Positions 8,053-19,431 of a stretch of 64,000 nucleotides of DNA are shown here, piece after piece (within the stretch, counting starts at the first letter, position 1; each line of letters starts with the position of its first letter). Source of the DNA: an uncultured Acidobacteriota bacterium (GTDB lineage: Bacteria > Acidobacteriota > Vicinamibacteria > Vicinamibacterales > UBA2999); contig CAWEBF010000025.1 of NCBI GenBank assembly GCA_963807235.1, forward strand, positions 77,214 through 141,213. Reading direction: 5' to 3'. Both the position numbers and the translations under genes were made by a program. The notes beneath the pieces were generated by a model that did no database searches, had not been told where the DNA came from, and saw only the letters and a program-made list of their open reading frames with translations.

Positions 8053-10473
8053 ATGCCTACGGTGAATTGGCTCGACGAGCTGCAGCGCGACGTCAAGTTC
8101 GGCATACGCCAGATGGTCGCGGCGCCGACTTTCACGATAGTGGCCGTGATGACGCTGGCCCTCGGCATCGGCGCGACCGCCGCGATGTTCAGCGTCGTGA
8201 ACGCCGTGCTGCTGCGCCCGCTCCCGTTCGATGCGCCGGATCGGCTGGCGGTGATCTGGGTAGGCGCACCCGGGCAGGACGTGCGAGGACGCCCGTCGTA
8301 TGCGATGGTCGAAGCCTGGCGTGCCGGGCGAAGCTTCGAGGACATCGCGGTCATGGATCCGGTGACCGTGACGTTGTCGGGCCCGGAGGGCGCCGAACGC
8401 ATCCGCGTCGCGCGAGTGTCGCCGAACTTCTTCCCGCTCCTCGGCATCCGCGCCCTCGAGGGGCGACTCTTGACCGACGATGACGCTGCGCAGCGCCGCC
8501 GGCTGGCGCTCATCAGTCACGAATTCTGGCAGGAGCGGTTCGGTGGCTCGCGCGAGGCCATCGGCGCGAACCTGGTGCTCGACGGCGCCGCTTCACAGAT
8601 CGTCGGCGTCCTGCCGCCCGGACTCCTTGGTGCCGACCGGGATGTCTGGGAACCGCACACCCTGTTTCCGGACTGGGAGGAGCGCCGGACAGCGCGCAAC
8701 GCGGGTTCGTGGTTCGCCTGGGGCCGCTTGCGCCCGGGCGTGAACGCCGGACAGGCGGAAACAGAAGTCAGCGCGATTGCCCGGACGCTCGATCGGGATG
8801 TCCCGGCAGACAATCGCGTCCAAGGCGCCAGCGTCATGCCGCTGAGCCGCTTCATCGTTGGCGATACACCGCGGCTGGCCCTGTGGCTGCTGGCCGGCGC
8901 GGTGTTCTGCGTGCTGCTCGTCGCCGCGGCCAACGTGGCCGGACTGTCGCTGGCGCGGGCCATCAGCCGCACTCGCGAGATGGCGATTCGGGCGACATTG
9001 GGTGCGAGCCCCGGCCGCATCGTCCGCCAGTTGCTCGCTGAAGGCATTGCTCTTGCGGCGATTGCGGGCGCCCTCGGCGTGTACATTGCCGCCGCAGCGG
9101 TGCGCGTCATCCAGGCGTATGGCCCGGAGGACCTGGCGAGGCTGGACGAGACTGCCATCGACGGACGCGTGCTCGCAGGCGTCGTGGCTGCCACCGCCCT
9201 GACGGGCATCCTGATCAGCCTGGCGCCGGCACTCATGCGGCGCTACTCGCGACTGCCGCGGGAGGAAGGCGCAAGAGGATCGTCGGCGGGGGCGGCTGCA
9301 CGCAGTATCCGCCGCGCGCTCGTGATCGCGGAACTGGCGCTGGCCATTGTCCTTCTGACTGGCGCCGGACTGCTGATTCGCAGCTGGCAGCAGGTAGCGG
9401 GCGTCGATCCCGGCTTCAGGCCGCAGCGCATCCTGTCGCTGCAGCTCTCGACCACGGCATTCGCCGAGCCGAATCAACGCGCCGATTTCTACCTGGAGGT
9501 GCTTGACGAGTTGCGGTCGCTGCGCGGCGTGGAGAGCACGGGCATCGTCAGCGATCTGCTCGTGTCGAGCGACGCCGAGCGGTTGATCACCATCGACGGC
9601 GGGTCCGGCGCGATCTCGCAGCGCGTGCGGCTGCGCGCCGACGAGGCCAGCGAGGGCGTCTTCAGCACGGTGGGGACCCGGCTCGTGCAGGGCCGCTTCT
9701 TCTCCAGCACCGATCGGCCTGGCACACCGGCTGTCGTCATCGTCAACGAGCTGATGGCACGACGGCTGTGGCCCGGCCAGGATCCGCTCGACCGGCGCTT
9801 CAAGTTCGGCCCGCCGAACGCCGATACGCCCTGGCTCACGGTGGTGGGCGTGGTCGCCGACATGCGCCGGCAGGGCCTGGAGATCGAGCCGATCCCGCAG
9901 CTGTTCGAGGCGCTGAGGCAGAATCCGCCGCGCCTGGCGACGCTGCTCGTTCGCACGGCCGCGGCCGATCCGCTGACGATCTTGCCGTCCATTCGGGCTG
10001 CCGTCCGCCGCGTTGACCCGGATGTGCCGCTCTACGCCGTGACGACACTGGACGCGAGGCTGGAACGATCGCTCGCGCAGCGCCGCTTTCAGACACTGCT
10101 GCTCGTGTCGTTTGCCGGCCTGACCCTGATTCTCGCCGGCATCGGCGTGTACGGCCTCGTGCACTACACGGTGACGACACGGACGCAGGAGATCGGCATC
10201 CGCGCGGCCGTCGGCGCACGGGCGGCGGATATTTTTGGCCTCATCGCGCGGGAGGGGATGCAGCTGACCGCGGCAGGCGCCGGTTTCGGCCTCGCCGGCG
10301 CGCTGCTCGTGGGGCGTGCCGGCTCGAGCCTGCTCTTCGGCGTCACCCCCGCCGATCCGCTGACGTTCGCCAGCGTGTCGCTGCTGTTGATCGCGGTCGC
10401 CGCCGCGGCCTGCTACTTCCCGGCGCGCCGAGCGATGAAGATCGAGCCGATCATCGCGCTCCAGCGCCAGTGA
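8053..10473 (+). CDS. duplicated MacB/FtsX-type orphan permease (ADOP-like), copy 1, intact
   Basis: ATG 8053 lies inside ORF 7942..10473. N-terminal TM FTIVAVMTLALGIGATAAMFSVVNAVLL, then two periplasmic-domain plus FtsX 3-TM blocks ending YFPARRAMKIEPIIALQRQ. No adjacent ATPase or PadR. Confidence 0.85.
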   Translation: MPTVNWLDELQRDVKFGIRQMVAAPTFTIVAVMTLALGIGATAAMFSVVNAVLLRPLPFDAPDRLAVIWVGAPGQDVRGRPSYAMVEAWRAGRSFEDIAVMDPVTVTLSGPEGAERIRVARVSPNFFPLLGIRALEGRLLTDDDAAQRRRLALISHEFWQERFGGSREAIGANLVLDGAASQIVGVLPPGLLGADRDVWEPHTLFPDWEERRTARNAGSWFAWGRLRPGVNAGQAETEVSAIARTLDRDVPADNRVQGASVMPLSRFIVGDTPRLALWLLAGAVFCVLLVAAANVAGLSLARAISRTREMAIRATLGASPGRIVRQLLAEGIALAAIAGALGVYIAAAAVRVIQAYGPEDLARLDETAIDGRVLAGVVAATALTGILISLAPALMRRYSRLPREEGARGSSAGAAARSIRRALVIAELALAIVLLTGAGLLIRSWQQVAGVDPGFRPQRILSLQLSTTAFAEPNQRADFYLEVLDELRSLRGVESTGIVSDLLVSSDAERLITIDGGSGAISQRVRLRADEASEGVFSTVGTRLVQGRFFSSTDRPGTPAVVIVNELMARRLWPGQDPLDRRFKFGPPNADTPWLTVVGVVADMRRQGLEIEPIPQLFEALRQNPPRLATLLVRTAAADPLTILPSIRAAVRRVDPDVPLYAVTTLDARLERSLAQRRFQTLLLVSFAGLTLILAGIGVYGLVHYTVTTRTQEIGIRAAVGARAADIFGLIAREGMQLTAAGAGFGLAGALLVGRAGSSLLFGVTPADPLTFASVSLLLIAVAAAACYFPARRAMKIEPIIALQRQ

Positions 10474-10476
10474 CCG

Positions 10477-11425
10477 CTACGGTGGCAGCTTGCCTTCGAT
10501 CTCCAGGTACGTCTGGCGGATCGCGTCCGGCAGGTTGTTGGCCGCGCGATACCAGTACCTGGAACTCGCCGAGGTTGATGAGGCGCGGCGCGTTCTCGGC
10601 GGACACCTTCGCGGCATGGAGCCGGCGGGACTCCGACACCAGGTTCTCCAGCGCGCGAACGAAGTTGTCCATCTCCTCGTTGAGCACGGCCGGGCTGTCG
10701 ATGAAGCCGTGGTTCGGTAAGTAGAGGCCGGCTTTCATCGCCTTGGCCTTCTTCACCGTCTCCAGCCACTCGATCGGATACGCACTGCGGTTGCCGCCCA
10801 CCGACGGGTAGATCCGGTTGAAGAACGTCTCGCTCATCCACAGGATGTTCTCGCGCGGCAGGAACACTTCGAGGTCGCCGCCGGTGTGCCCGCGCCCGAG
10901 AAACAGAATCTGGATCTCGGTGCTGCCCATCTTCATGACCCGGCGATCCGACACGGTCTCTTGCGGCACCGGCATACGGGGCGCGCCCGCCGGTTGCCGC
11001 GCCGCCATCTCTTCGATGACGCGCTTCGACTTCGGGTGCGAGATGAACGTCGCGGCGGCCGGAAAGGCGCTGTTGCCCGCGACGTGGTCGCTGTGATCCG
11101 CGCCGACGACGACGTACTTGATGGGCTGGGGCGTGAGCCGCGCGACCTCCTCCACCAGCCGCCTGGTCTTGGAGATGCTGCCCTGGCCGTCCACCACCAT
11201 GACGCCGTCAGTGGTCACGATGATGAAGCTGTTGGTGGTGAACGCGGTGTTCGAGTCAATCGTGCCGTTCAGGTCCTCGTAGGCGTAGACGTTCTCGGCC
11301 AGCTTCACGAGGCGTGGGAAGTCGTCGGCGCGAAGGCCGCGGACGGTGGCGTCCGCGGTCCGCACCTGGGCGTGGATCGGCAGGGCAGCGGCCAGCAGCG
11401 CGACGGCGAATGCAGTTCTTCGCAC
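10477..11425 (-). CDS. exported MBL-fold metallo-hydrolase, C-terminal frameshift
   Basis: GTG 11425 lies inside ORF 10451..12073, with signal peptide VRRTAFAVALLAAALPIHAQ. MBL-like motifs VVVGADHSDHVAGN and GRGHTGGD. Removing one nt near 10558 gives a protein-like tail EFQYWYRAANNLPDAIRQTYLEIEGKLPP ending at TAG 10477-10479. Confidence 0.7.
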
Positions 11426-11452
11426 AGGTACCCGAAGGATATAGTGGCCACG

Positions 11453-12358
11453 ATGACCGCGGGCGGAGATTTGCGAGTGAAGGACCACAGGCTCCTGGAC
11501 GGCCGCGCCGTGCGCGACCGCATCCTCGACGAGCTGGCGGCCCGCGTGCGGGAAGCGGCTGTTACCCACGTGATCGGACGCCTGGTGTCGGTCAGTATTG
11601 GCGAGCACGGCGCCGCTTCGGTCTACGAGCGTGCCCAGGCAAGCGCCGCGCGGCGCGTGGGCCTGCGCTTCGAGGATCAGGCGTGGCCGAGCGCGCTCAG
11701 CCAGGAGGAGTGCAAGGCGCGGCTCGTGGCGATGAACGACGACAGGGACGTTCTGGGCGTCATCCTGCAGCGCCCGGTGCCGCCGCACATCCACGGGCGC
11801 TCGCTCGCCTCGGCGATCCACCCGCTGAAGGACATCGAGGGGATGAACCCCGCGTCCATCGGAAACATCGTCTACAACGACCTGGCACTGGCGCCTTGCA
11901 CCGCCGCGGCGTCGGTGGAGCTGATCAAGGCCACCGGCCTCGCGCTGCACGGCCTGGAAGTGGTGATGGTGGGCCACTCCGAGATTGTCGGCAAGCCGGC
12001 CGCGTTCATGTTGATGGCCGAGGGCGCGACGGTCACGGTCTGCCACCATCTGACACGCTCGGTGGCCGCGCACTCACGCCGGGCCGACGCGGTGCTGGTG
12101 GCCGTCGGCAAGCCGCACTTCTTGAAGGCGGACATGGTGAAGCCGGGTGCGGCCGTCATCGACATCGGCATCAACCAGGTGACCGGTGCGGACGGCAAAG
12201 TGAGCATCGTGGGTGATGTGGACACCGACGCGGTGAAAGAAGTGGCGAGCTGGGTCACGCCGGTGCCGGGCGGCGTCGGGCCGGTGACCGTGGCCATGTT
12301 CATGCGCAACGCCATCACCGCGCACGGCAAGCAGTTGGCGGCCGGCTGGCTGCGGTGA
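11453..12358 (+). CDS. folD: bifunctional methylenetetrahydrofolate dehydrogenase/cyclohydrolase
   Basis: ATG 11453 lies inside ORF 10886..12358. FolD-like blocks LVSVSIGEHGAASVYERA, ILQRPVPPHI, PCTAAASVELIK, VMVGHSEIVGKP and TPVPGGVGPVTVAM. Confidence 0.9.
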   Translation: MTAGGDLRVKDHRLLDGRAVRDRILDELAARVREAAVTHVIGRLVSVSIGEHGAASVYERAQASAARRVGLRFEDQAWPSALSQEECKARLVAMNDDRDVLGVILQRPVPPHIHGRSLASAIHPLKDIEGMNPASIGNIVYNDLALAPCTAAASVELIKATGLALHGLEVVMVGHSEIVGKPAAFMLMAEGATVTVCHHLTRSVAAHSRRADAVLVAVGKPHFLKADMVKPGAAVIDIGINQVTGADGKVSIVGDVDTDAVKEVASWVTPVPGGVGPVTVAMFMRNAITAHGKQLAAGWLR

Positions 12359-12390
12359 ACGCTGGCGTGGCTGGCGCTAGGCCGAGTGCT

Positions 12391-14253
12391 TCAGCGGCTC
12401 GCGGCGGGCAGGCGGAACGCAGCCATCTCCTCGCCGTTGCGCACCAGCAGCAGGTTGCCGATGAGCACCGGGTGGTTCCAGGTCTTGCCCTCGATGGCCT
12501 TGAAACGCGCGACCTCTGTGAACTGATCGGTGGTCGCCTTGACCAGCGCCAGCTCCCCTTCCTCCGACAGCACCAGCAGCAGGTCCTGGTCGGCCAGCAG
12601 CACCAGCTGGCCGTGGCCGTAGCGGCCGCCCTTCCACTTGCGCTTGCCGTCTTCGAGGTCGATCGCCGCCAGGATGCTGCCGTCGAAGCCGAACGCGTGG
12701 CCGGCGTGCACCACGAAGTCGTTGAAGTACGGCTTCAGCCCGGTTGAGGTCCAGCGCTCTTTCACGCTCCACCCGTCCGCCTGGTGCGCGACGGAGACGC
12801 GACGCATACCGGTGTTGGACGACAGGCCCGAGCCGCTGCCGATCAGGATGTCACCGCCCGCGAGCACGGCAGGCTGCACCATGCCGTCGCCGGGCCATTC
12901 ATGCTTCCACAGCACCGAGCCGTCGGACGGGGCGACGCTGACGGCGCCCGGGCCGTGCAGCAGCACCACCTGCGGCACGCCGCCGATCGTGGAGAGGTGC
13001 GGCGAGCTGTAGCCCCAGCCGCCTTTGGGGCCGAACCATCGCGGGTTCCCGGTGGCGGCGTCGTAGCCAGCCAGCAACCCGGCGGTGGCCGCGATGACCA
13101 CGTCCCCGACCACGAGTGGCGAGCTGGCGATGCCCCAACCCGGAACCTCCGCCCCCGTATCTGCGGTCGCGTTGCGCGACCAGACTCGAGATCCGTCGCG
13201 GGCGTTGAGCGCGCTCAGGATTCCCGTGCCGCCCAACGCGTAGACGCGGCCGTGGCCCAGAGCCGGCGTTGCCCTGGGACCGGCGCCGCCATTCGACTCC
13301 CAGAACCGGGCCTTGTCGGCATGTCTCCACACAGGTTGCCCGGTGCTCAGCTGGTAGGCGGAAACGACCTCCTCGTCACCGCGCTGCTCTTGTGTGTAGA
13401 CCCGATCCCCCTGCACCGCGAACGACGACCACCCAGGCCCGATCGCGCGGCGCCACACCTCGATCGGTGGCGTGCGAGACCAGTCCGTCTCGATTCGCAC
13501 GCCGCGGATCGCGCCATCGCGCTCGGGACCGCGGAAGCCGGGCCACTCAGCACGCGACGCAACGGGGGCTGGCGCCGCTTCCGCGTCTCCGGCGGGGGCG
13601 GGCGTTTCGACGGTGGCGACAGCGGGACCGTCCTCCGAGTTCGCCGCGACATCGCCTGTCTCTGGTGCTGGCGTCTGCCCCGGAGCCGTTGCGGCCGGGG
13701 CCGGCAACGGTACCCGCGGCTCCTCTTCGGCCTGGGCAAGGAGCCGCTCTTCAGCCGTTGGCGTCCAGCGCCATCTGAGATCCGACCTGAAACCCCCGAT
13801 GATGCCTTCGGTCCGGATGAGTGTCAGTACGCCGCACGCCAGCAGGATCGCCCCCACCAGAGCGCCTCGCCGGGGTCCCGCGGATAGCCGGCGGCTGGCC
13901 ACTGCCCAGACGACGAGCGCGAGGCCCAAGGCCGGGATGGCATAGATGATCGGCATGGCCCCCTGCATGCCGTTTGAGACGGACTCGTGAACGAGGCGCG
14001 ACGCGGCAAATACGCCGGCCACCATCAGCACGATGGCTCCCAGGCGTTCCGCCCAGGGCACCCGGCTCAGAAACAGCCACCACAGCACGACACCCAGTCC
14101 ACTGGCGATGCCGGCGACGAACGCCGTCATGCCGATCTCCGGGGCGAGCGAGGGAACCACGAACATGCCCAGCCACTGCGCCGTCACGGCGATGAGGCCC
14201 GGCCACAACCGGAGCGGTTTCCCGGGGGAATCGTCGCTGGTGGTGTTCGGCAT
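12391..14253 (-). CDS. membrane-anchored PQQ-like (BamB-type) beta-propeller repeat protein
   Basis: ORF 12391..14253. About 180 aa of hydrophobic TM segments, an Ala/Pro-rich linker, then repeated propeller motifs (GDRVYTQ, GRVYALGGTG, DVVIAATAG, GHAFGFDG, LLLVRNGEEMAAF). Confidence 0.75.
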   Translation of the reverse strand: MPNTTSDDSPGKPLRLWPGLIAVTAQWLGMFVVPSLAPEIGMTAFVAGIASGLGVVLWWLFLSRVPWAERLGAIVLMVAGVFAASRLVHESVSNGMQGAMPIIYAIPALGLALVVWAVASRRLSAGPRRGALVGAILLACGVLTLIRTEGIIGGFRSDLRWRWTPTAEERLLAQAEEEPRVPLPAPAATAPGQTPAPETGDVAANSEDGPAVATVETPAPAGDAEAAPAPVASRAEWPGFRGPERDGAIRGVRIETDWSRTPPIEVWRRAIGPGWSSFAVQGDRVYTQEQRGDEEVVSAYQLSTGQPVWRHADKARFWESNGGAGPRATPALGHGRVYALGGTGILSALNARDGSRVWSRNATADTGAEVPGWGIASSPLVVGDVVIAATAGLLAGYDAATGNPRWFGPKGGWGYSSPHLSTIGGVPQVVLLHGPGAVSVAPSDGSVLWKHEWPGDGMVQPAVLAGGDILIGSGSGLSSNTGMRRVSVAHQADGWSVKERWTSTGLKPYFNDFVVHAGHAFGFDGSILAAIDLEDGKRKWKGGRYGHGQLVLLADQDLLLVLSEEGELALVKATTDQFTEVARFKAIEGKTWNHPVLIGNLLLVRNGEEMAAFRLPAASR

Positions 14254-14267
14254 CTTTGAACGACTGC

Positions 14268-17200
14268 TTAGACGTCTCGCCCCACGGGCATGTTCCGGTT
14301 CCGGTCAACGTAACGCGCGGCGAGTGCCGGCACGAACCGCGCCTCGAGTGCGTGTGAGACGTCGGCGGCGATGCCGGGGTCGATGGGCGACAGCTCTCGC
14401 ACGACGCCCTTTTCGATGACGGCCAGTGGCGCGCCGTCTCGATAGACAAGCCGGTTGCGGCCGGCGGTCCGGATTCGCTCGCCAGCGGTGACGATCCCCG
14501 CGAGGTTCAGCGGATCGGCCGTGCTGATGGTCACAAGACTGCCGTCGGCCGGGATGCGCCGCACCTCGCGCAGCCGTTCGACGGCGTCCGGAAGCGCGAA
14601 CTGCTCGCCAGACATGCCCGTGACGAACCGCCCGCTGCGGATCTCGCCGCGCGCCTCGAGCCGCCGGTAGACGCGCGCGAGCTCCCGCCACGGAGCGGCG
14701 TTCGTCTCGCGGGTCAGCAGCCGCCGGAACACGACGCCGTAGCGGCGGAGCAGCGTCCACGCTTGCAGCTCGACCGCCTCGTCGCGAGGGAAGGCTTCGC
14801 CAGTCTCTTCGATCGCGGTCCATCGGCCAGCGAACCTGCTGCCGCGATTGCGCGGCACCGGGCGTCCGCGCGCCGCCCAGACGAGGGCGCGTAGTCCCGC
14901 GAATCCGTCCGATGTGGCGAGCCCGCTGGCGACCAGCGCGCCGATGGCCTGCTGAAGCTGGTCGGCGTCGAACCCGCTGGCCGTCGCGAGATCGCCGAAG
15001 AACGACGCACCCCGTGCGCGCAGCATCGACAGGACGTGGCGAGCCTCGTCGCCGAGCGGCGGCTCCTCCGCGGCTGGCCTCAGCGCTCGCCACGCATCCG
15101 CGTTCTCGCGCAGGACCAGCGCGATCGGCGTTGCCGGCACGAGCGCAGGCACGGGGCTTCCCTGAGGCTGGGCCGGCGAGAGCCGCGCCCATCCAGCCTC
15201 TCCCGCCAGGCAGATCATGTCGAGCATCGACGGCTCATAGCGGTCGAGCCGCGCCGGCAGCACGGCACGCTCCCACGCCGCAGCCGCCAGCTCGTAGCCG
15301 TCGAGTGCGGCGACCACCTCGCGCAGGCCGTCCAGTCCGGTCAGCCTGGACGATTTCTCGACGTGCTGCCAGCGGAACAGGAAGCGCATGAAATCCGCCG
15401 GGCTGACCGGCTCGATTTCGGCGCGAAGCCGGTTCAGCGTGTAGCGGTGAATGCGGGCGAGGAGCGTGCGATCGCACCACTCGAGTGCTGTTTCGCCTGG
15501 AGTGAAGCGGCCACGCAGGACCACGCCGTCCGCTTCGAGCTGCAGCAGCGCAGCGTCCGCGGCGGCGGGTGGAATGCCGAGCGAATCGGCCAGCGCAGAA
15601 CCGGTGACAGGGCCGGTCAGCGTGAGCCTGCCGCGCAGGACCTCGGCGATCGCGTCGCCGCGCGTCCAGGATTTCGCGAGCCGGGAGGCCGGCGGCTGCA
15701 GGGTCGCGAGGCTGCGCCTCGCGACGACAGTGTCTTTTTGCCCCGCTTCGCGGGGGGCGGCACGGTCAGGTCCGGGTGGATCGCGCGCAATTCGGGCAGC
15801 CGTTCGACAGCCACGATGATCCGGCGCGAATGCGGCGTCGATTCGCCGAAAAGTGCGTGACCCGCGCGGCGCGCCGCCGTCAGCGTCTCGAGGAGCTCCG
15901 GGCGCGCACCCTCCAGCTCGCCGCCGGTCAGAAACCCCGCCGTCAGCAATGCATCGTGCAGCTCGTCGGCATCGCGCGGATCCGGACGCTCCTCCTCGCG
16001 CACGCGCGCAATGGCATCGAGATCGAGCGCGCCCAGATCGCCGGCCGACGCGGGGTCTGTAGCCCGCCGCGTTTGCACGGCATGGCTCCGGCGCTCTTCC
16101 AGCGGCGCGTCGTCCAGAAACGCGTACGGCTTGGCGTTCAGGATCTCGTGGGCGAAGAGCGACGGCTCGGGCGTGTCGCGCGATATGAGCCGCAGCTCGC
16201 CCCCGTGGATCCGGTCCAGCACGGTGCGAAGCCCTTCGAAGTCCATCGCCTCCTCGAGGCAATCGCGCACGGTCTGGGACACGAGTGGGTGATCGGGAAT
16301 CTGCCGATCGCCGGGGATGTTCTCCAAACAGGCCGCCGCGTCAGGGAACACGGCTGCCATCAGGTCGTCGGCTACCATCCGCTGAATCTGTGGCGCCACC
16401 TTGCGTCCGCTTTTCGCGCGCGGCACCGCAAGCGAAATGGTGGTGTTCCACCGCCAGCGCGTCTTGAACACCGGCGCGTCGAGGAACGCCTGCACGAGCA
16501 CATCGCGGGCCGTTTCCGAGTGCAGATAGCGGAAGACGTCCGACAGCGGGAACGAGTGCTGCGGCCCCAGCGAGAGCATCAGGGCATCTTCGGTGGCGGC
16601 TGCCTGCAGCTCGAAGTTGAACTGCCGGCAGAAACGCTTCCGCAGCGCCAGCCCCCAGGCCTTGTTGATGCGGCTGCCGAAGGGCGCGTGCATCACCAGC
16701 TGCATCCCGCCGGCTTCGTCGAAGAACCGCTCGAGCACGAGCGTCTCCTGCGACGGGATCACGCCGAGCGCGCGCCGGCCCTCTGCCAGATAGGACACGG
16801 CCTGGCCAGCGGCCTCACGCTCGAGTCCCGTCTCCGCGATCATCCAGTCCACAACGGCGTCGCCAGACGACGCTTCATCGAGCCGCCGATCGACCTCAGC
16901 GCGAAGATCGCTGACCGCATGCGACAGCTCGTCACTGCGGGCCGGCGCCTCGCCCAGCCAGAACGGGATCGTCGGCGGCGCTCCCTTGGCGTCGGCAACC
17001 CGCACGTTGCCCCCGGCCACCTGCAGGACCTGCCACGACGCGTTGCCCAACTGGAAGATGTCGCCGGCGTTGCTCTCGATCGCGAAATCCTCGTTGAGCG
17101 TGCCGATGAAGGTGTCGTCCGGATCGAGCACGACCCGGTAGTCGGCGACCTCGGGGATGGCACCTCCCGATGTCTGGGCCAGGAGCCGCGCGCCACGGCG

Positions 17201-18634
17201 TGCGCGAACGGTGGCGTTGACCTCGTCCCTGTGCACCAGGGCCGCGCGGCGGCCGCGGCGCGTGGCGAAGCCCTCGGCCGTCATCCGCAGCACGCTGTCG
17301 AAGGACGCGCGGGTGAGGGCGCGATAGGGCCACGCGCCCGTGGAGAGCGCGAAGAGATCGTCCTCCGAGTAGTCGCGGCACGCGGTCTCGGCCACGATCT
17401 GCTGCGCCAGGACGTCGAGCGGCGCGTCGTGCGACACGATCGCATCGAGCTGGCCGGCCTGGATGGCCCGCAGCAGGGCCGCGCACTCCACCAGATCGTC
17501 GCGCGACACGGGAAACACCCGGCCCTTCGGAGTACCGGCGATCGTATGGCCCGACCGGCCGACCCGCTGCAACAGCGTGGCGATGCGGTGCGGTGAACCG
17601 ATCTGGCAGACCAGGTCCACGTGGCCGATGTCGATGCCAAGCTCGAGCGACGCCGTGGCGACGAGTGCCTTCAGCTGCCCGGACTTCAGCCGGGACTCCG
17701 CGTCGAGGCGCCTCTCTTTCGACAGGCTGCCGTGGTGCGCGGTCACCGCATCCTCGCCGAGCCGGTCGCTCAGGTGCCGTGCAACGCGCTCCGCCAGGCG
17801 CCGCGTGTTCACGAAAATCAGCGTCGTGCGGTGGGCCGTGATGAGGGAGGTGAGCCGGTCGTAGTATTCCGCCCAGACCTCGTGCGACATCACCGCGTCG
17901 AGCGGCGAGCGCGGGATCTCGACGCCGAGATCCAAGTGACGCCTGTGCCCGACGTCCACGATGGTGCAGCCGGCGGAGTCGCCGGCCGTGAGATATCTGG
18001 CCACTTCCTCGATCGGCGTCTGCGTGGCCGACAGACCGATGCGCTGCAGCGGACGTTCCGCCACCGCCGCCAGCCGTTCGAGGGTGAGCGCGAGGTGTGC
18101 GCCGCGGCGCGAGCCGATGACGGCGTGAATCTCGTCCACGATCACCGTGCGGACGGTGCGCAGCATCTGCCGGCTGCGGTCCGACGTGAGCAGGAGATAC
18201 AGCGATTCCGGTGTCGTGACCAGGATGTGCGGCGGCGTCCGCAGCATCGTGGCACGCTCTGTCGGCGTGGTGTCGCCGGTTCGCACGGCCGCCGTGATCG
18301 CCGCTGGTTGCAGCCCGGTCTCCAACGTCAGGCGCTGAATCCCTGCGCGTGGCTCGGCCAGGTTCTTGTGGATGTCCGCGCTCAGCGCCTTGAGCGGCGA
18401 CACGTAGAGGACGCGCACCTCGTCCGGCAGCGGCGCTGCGAGGCTCTCCTCGAGGAGCGCGTTGATCGCGGTGAGGAAGGCCGCCAGCGTCTTGCCGGAG
18501 CCCGTGGGCGCGGCGATGAGCGTGTGGCGGCCGGCCGCAATCGAGTCCCAGCCGCGCAGCTGCGCGGGCGTCGGTTCTCCGACCTCTGTCGAGAACCACT
18601 GACGGACGACGGGATGGAATCCAGCAAATCCCAT
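14268..18634 (-). CDS. lhr: Lhr-type ATP-dependent DEAD/DEAH-box helicase (about 1455 aa), one frameshift
   Basis: ORFs 15617..18688 and 14268..16262 join at a C7/G4/A5 homopolymer stretch around 15735-15762. Motifs: Walker [10 protein letters not shown] and DEIH (VIVDEIHAV). The C-terminal Lhr-type extension continues in the second frame ([30 protein letters not shown]). Confidence 0.85.
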
Positions 18635-18738
18635 GGAGGCAGACACTTCGGATCGGGGGGAACCCCAATCATAGCCACGAACGACCAACTACCAACGACC
18701 AACTTCCGCCGACAGTCCGCTGATGTAACCTCTGGGCC

Positions 18739-19420
18739 ATGAGCCGACTGAGTCCTGCTGATTCTTGCGTTGACCGTGGCGGTGTGGACGCCGGTTCGCG
18801 CACAGGCCCCGGCCGCCGACACCACCTTCCACGCGGTCGCCTATGTCGAGACGACCGGGGCAGGAGCCGGCGCTGCCACGCGCGCGCTGACCGCCTACCG
18901 CGACGCCAGCCTGCGCCTTGACGGCTGTTTGCGTGTGGACGCGTTCGAGCAGATCGGCCGTCCGGGTCACTTTGTGGTGCTCGAAGCGTGGCGCGACCAG
19001 AAAGCGTTCGACGCGCGCGACACGGCCCCGAGGACGCGGTTGACCGAAGCCCTCGCTCCCATCCGCGTCAGCGGCTACGACGAGCGCCCCTACAAGACCC
19101 TCGCCGTCGCTCCGGCCCGCGAGGCCGGCGGCGCGGCTGCGGTGTCTGTGATCGCGCACGTGGACGTGGCGCCCAACCCCGCCGTGGCCCCGATGCTGGC
19201 GCGCCTGGCCGAGGCCAGCCGGCAGGAACCGGGGAACCTGCGGTTCGACGTGCTGCAGCACATGATGCGCGCCAACCATTTCACGGTCGTGGAAACATGG
19301 CGTGATCAGGCGGCTCTCGACGCGCACGTCGCGGCGGCGCCCACAAAGCGCTATCGGGACGAGCTGCAGCCGCTGACGGGGAGCCCGCTCGACGAGCGCG
19401 TGTTCAAGGCGGTCCGGTAA
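18739..19420 (+). CDS. exported tandem ABM (antibiotic-biosynthesis-monooxygenase-like) domain protein, N-terminal frameshift
   Basis: ORF 18770..19420 has two ABM-like halves (GHFVVLEAWRDQKAFDAR and NHFTVVETWRDQAALDAH). ATG 18739 plus a 1-nt correction near 18752-18765 gives the signal peptide MSRLS.LLILALTVAVWTPVRAQA. Confidence 0.65.
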
Positions 19421-19431
19421 TTCTCTCGGCC

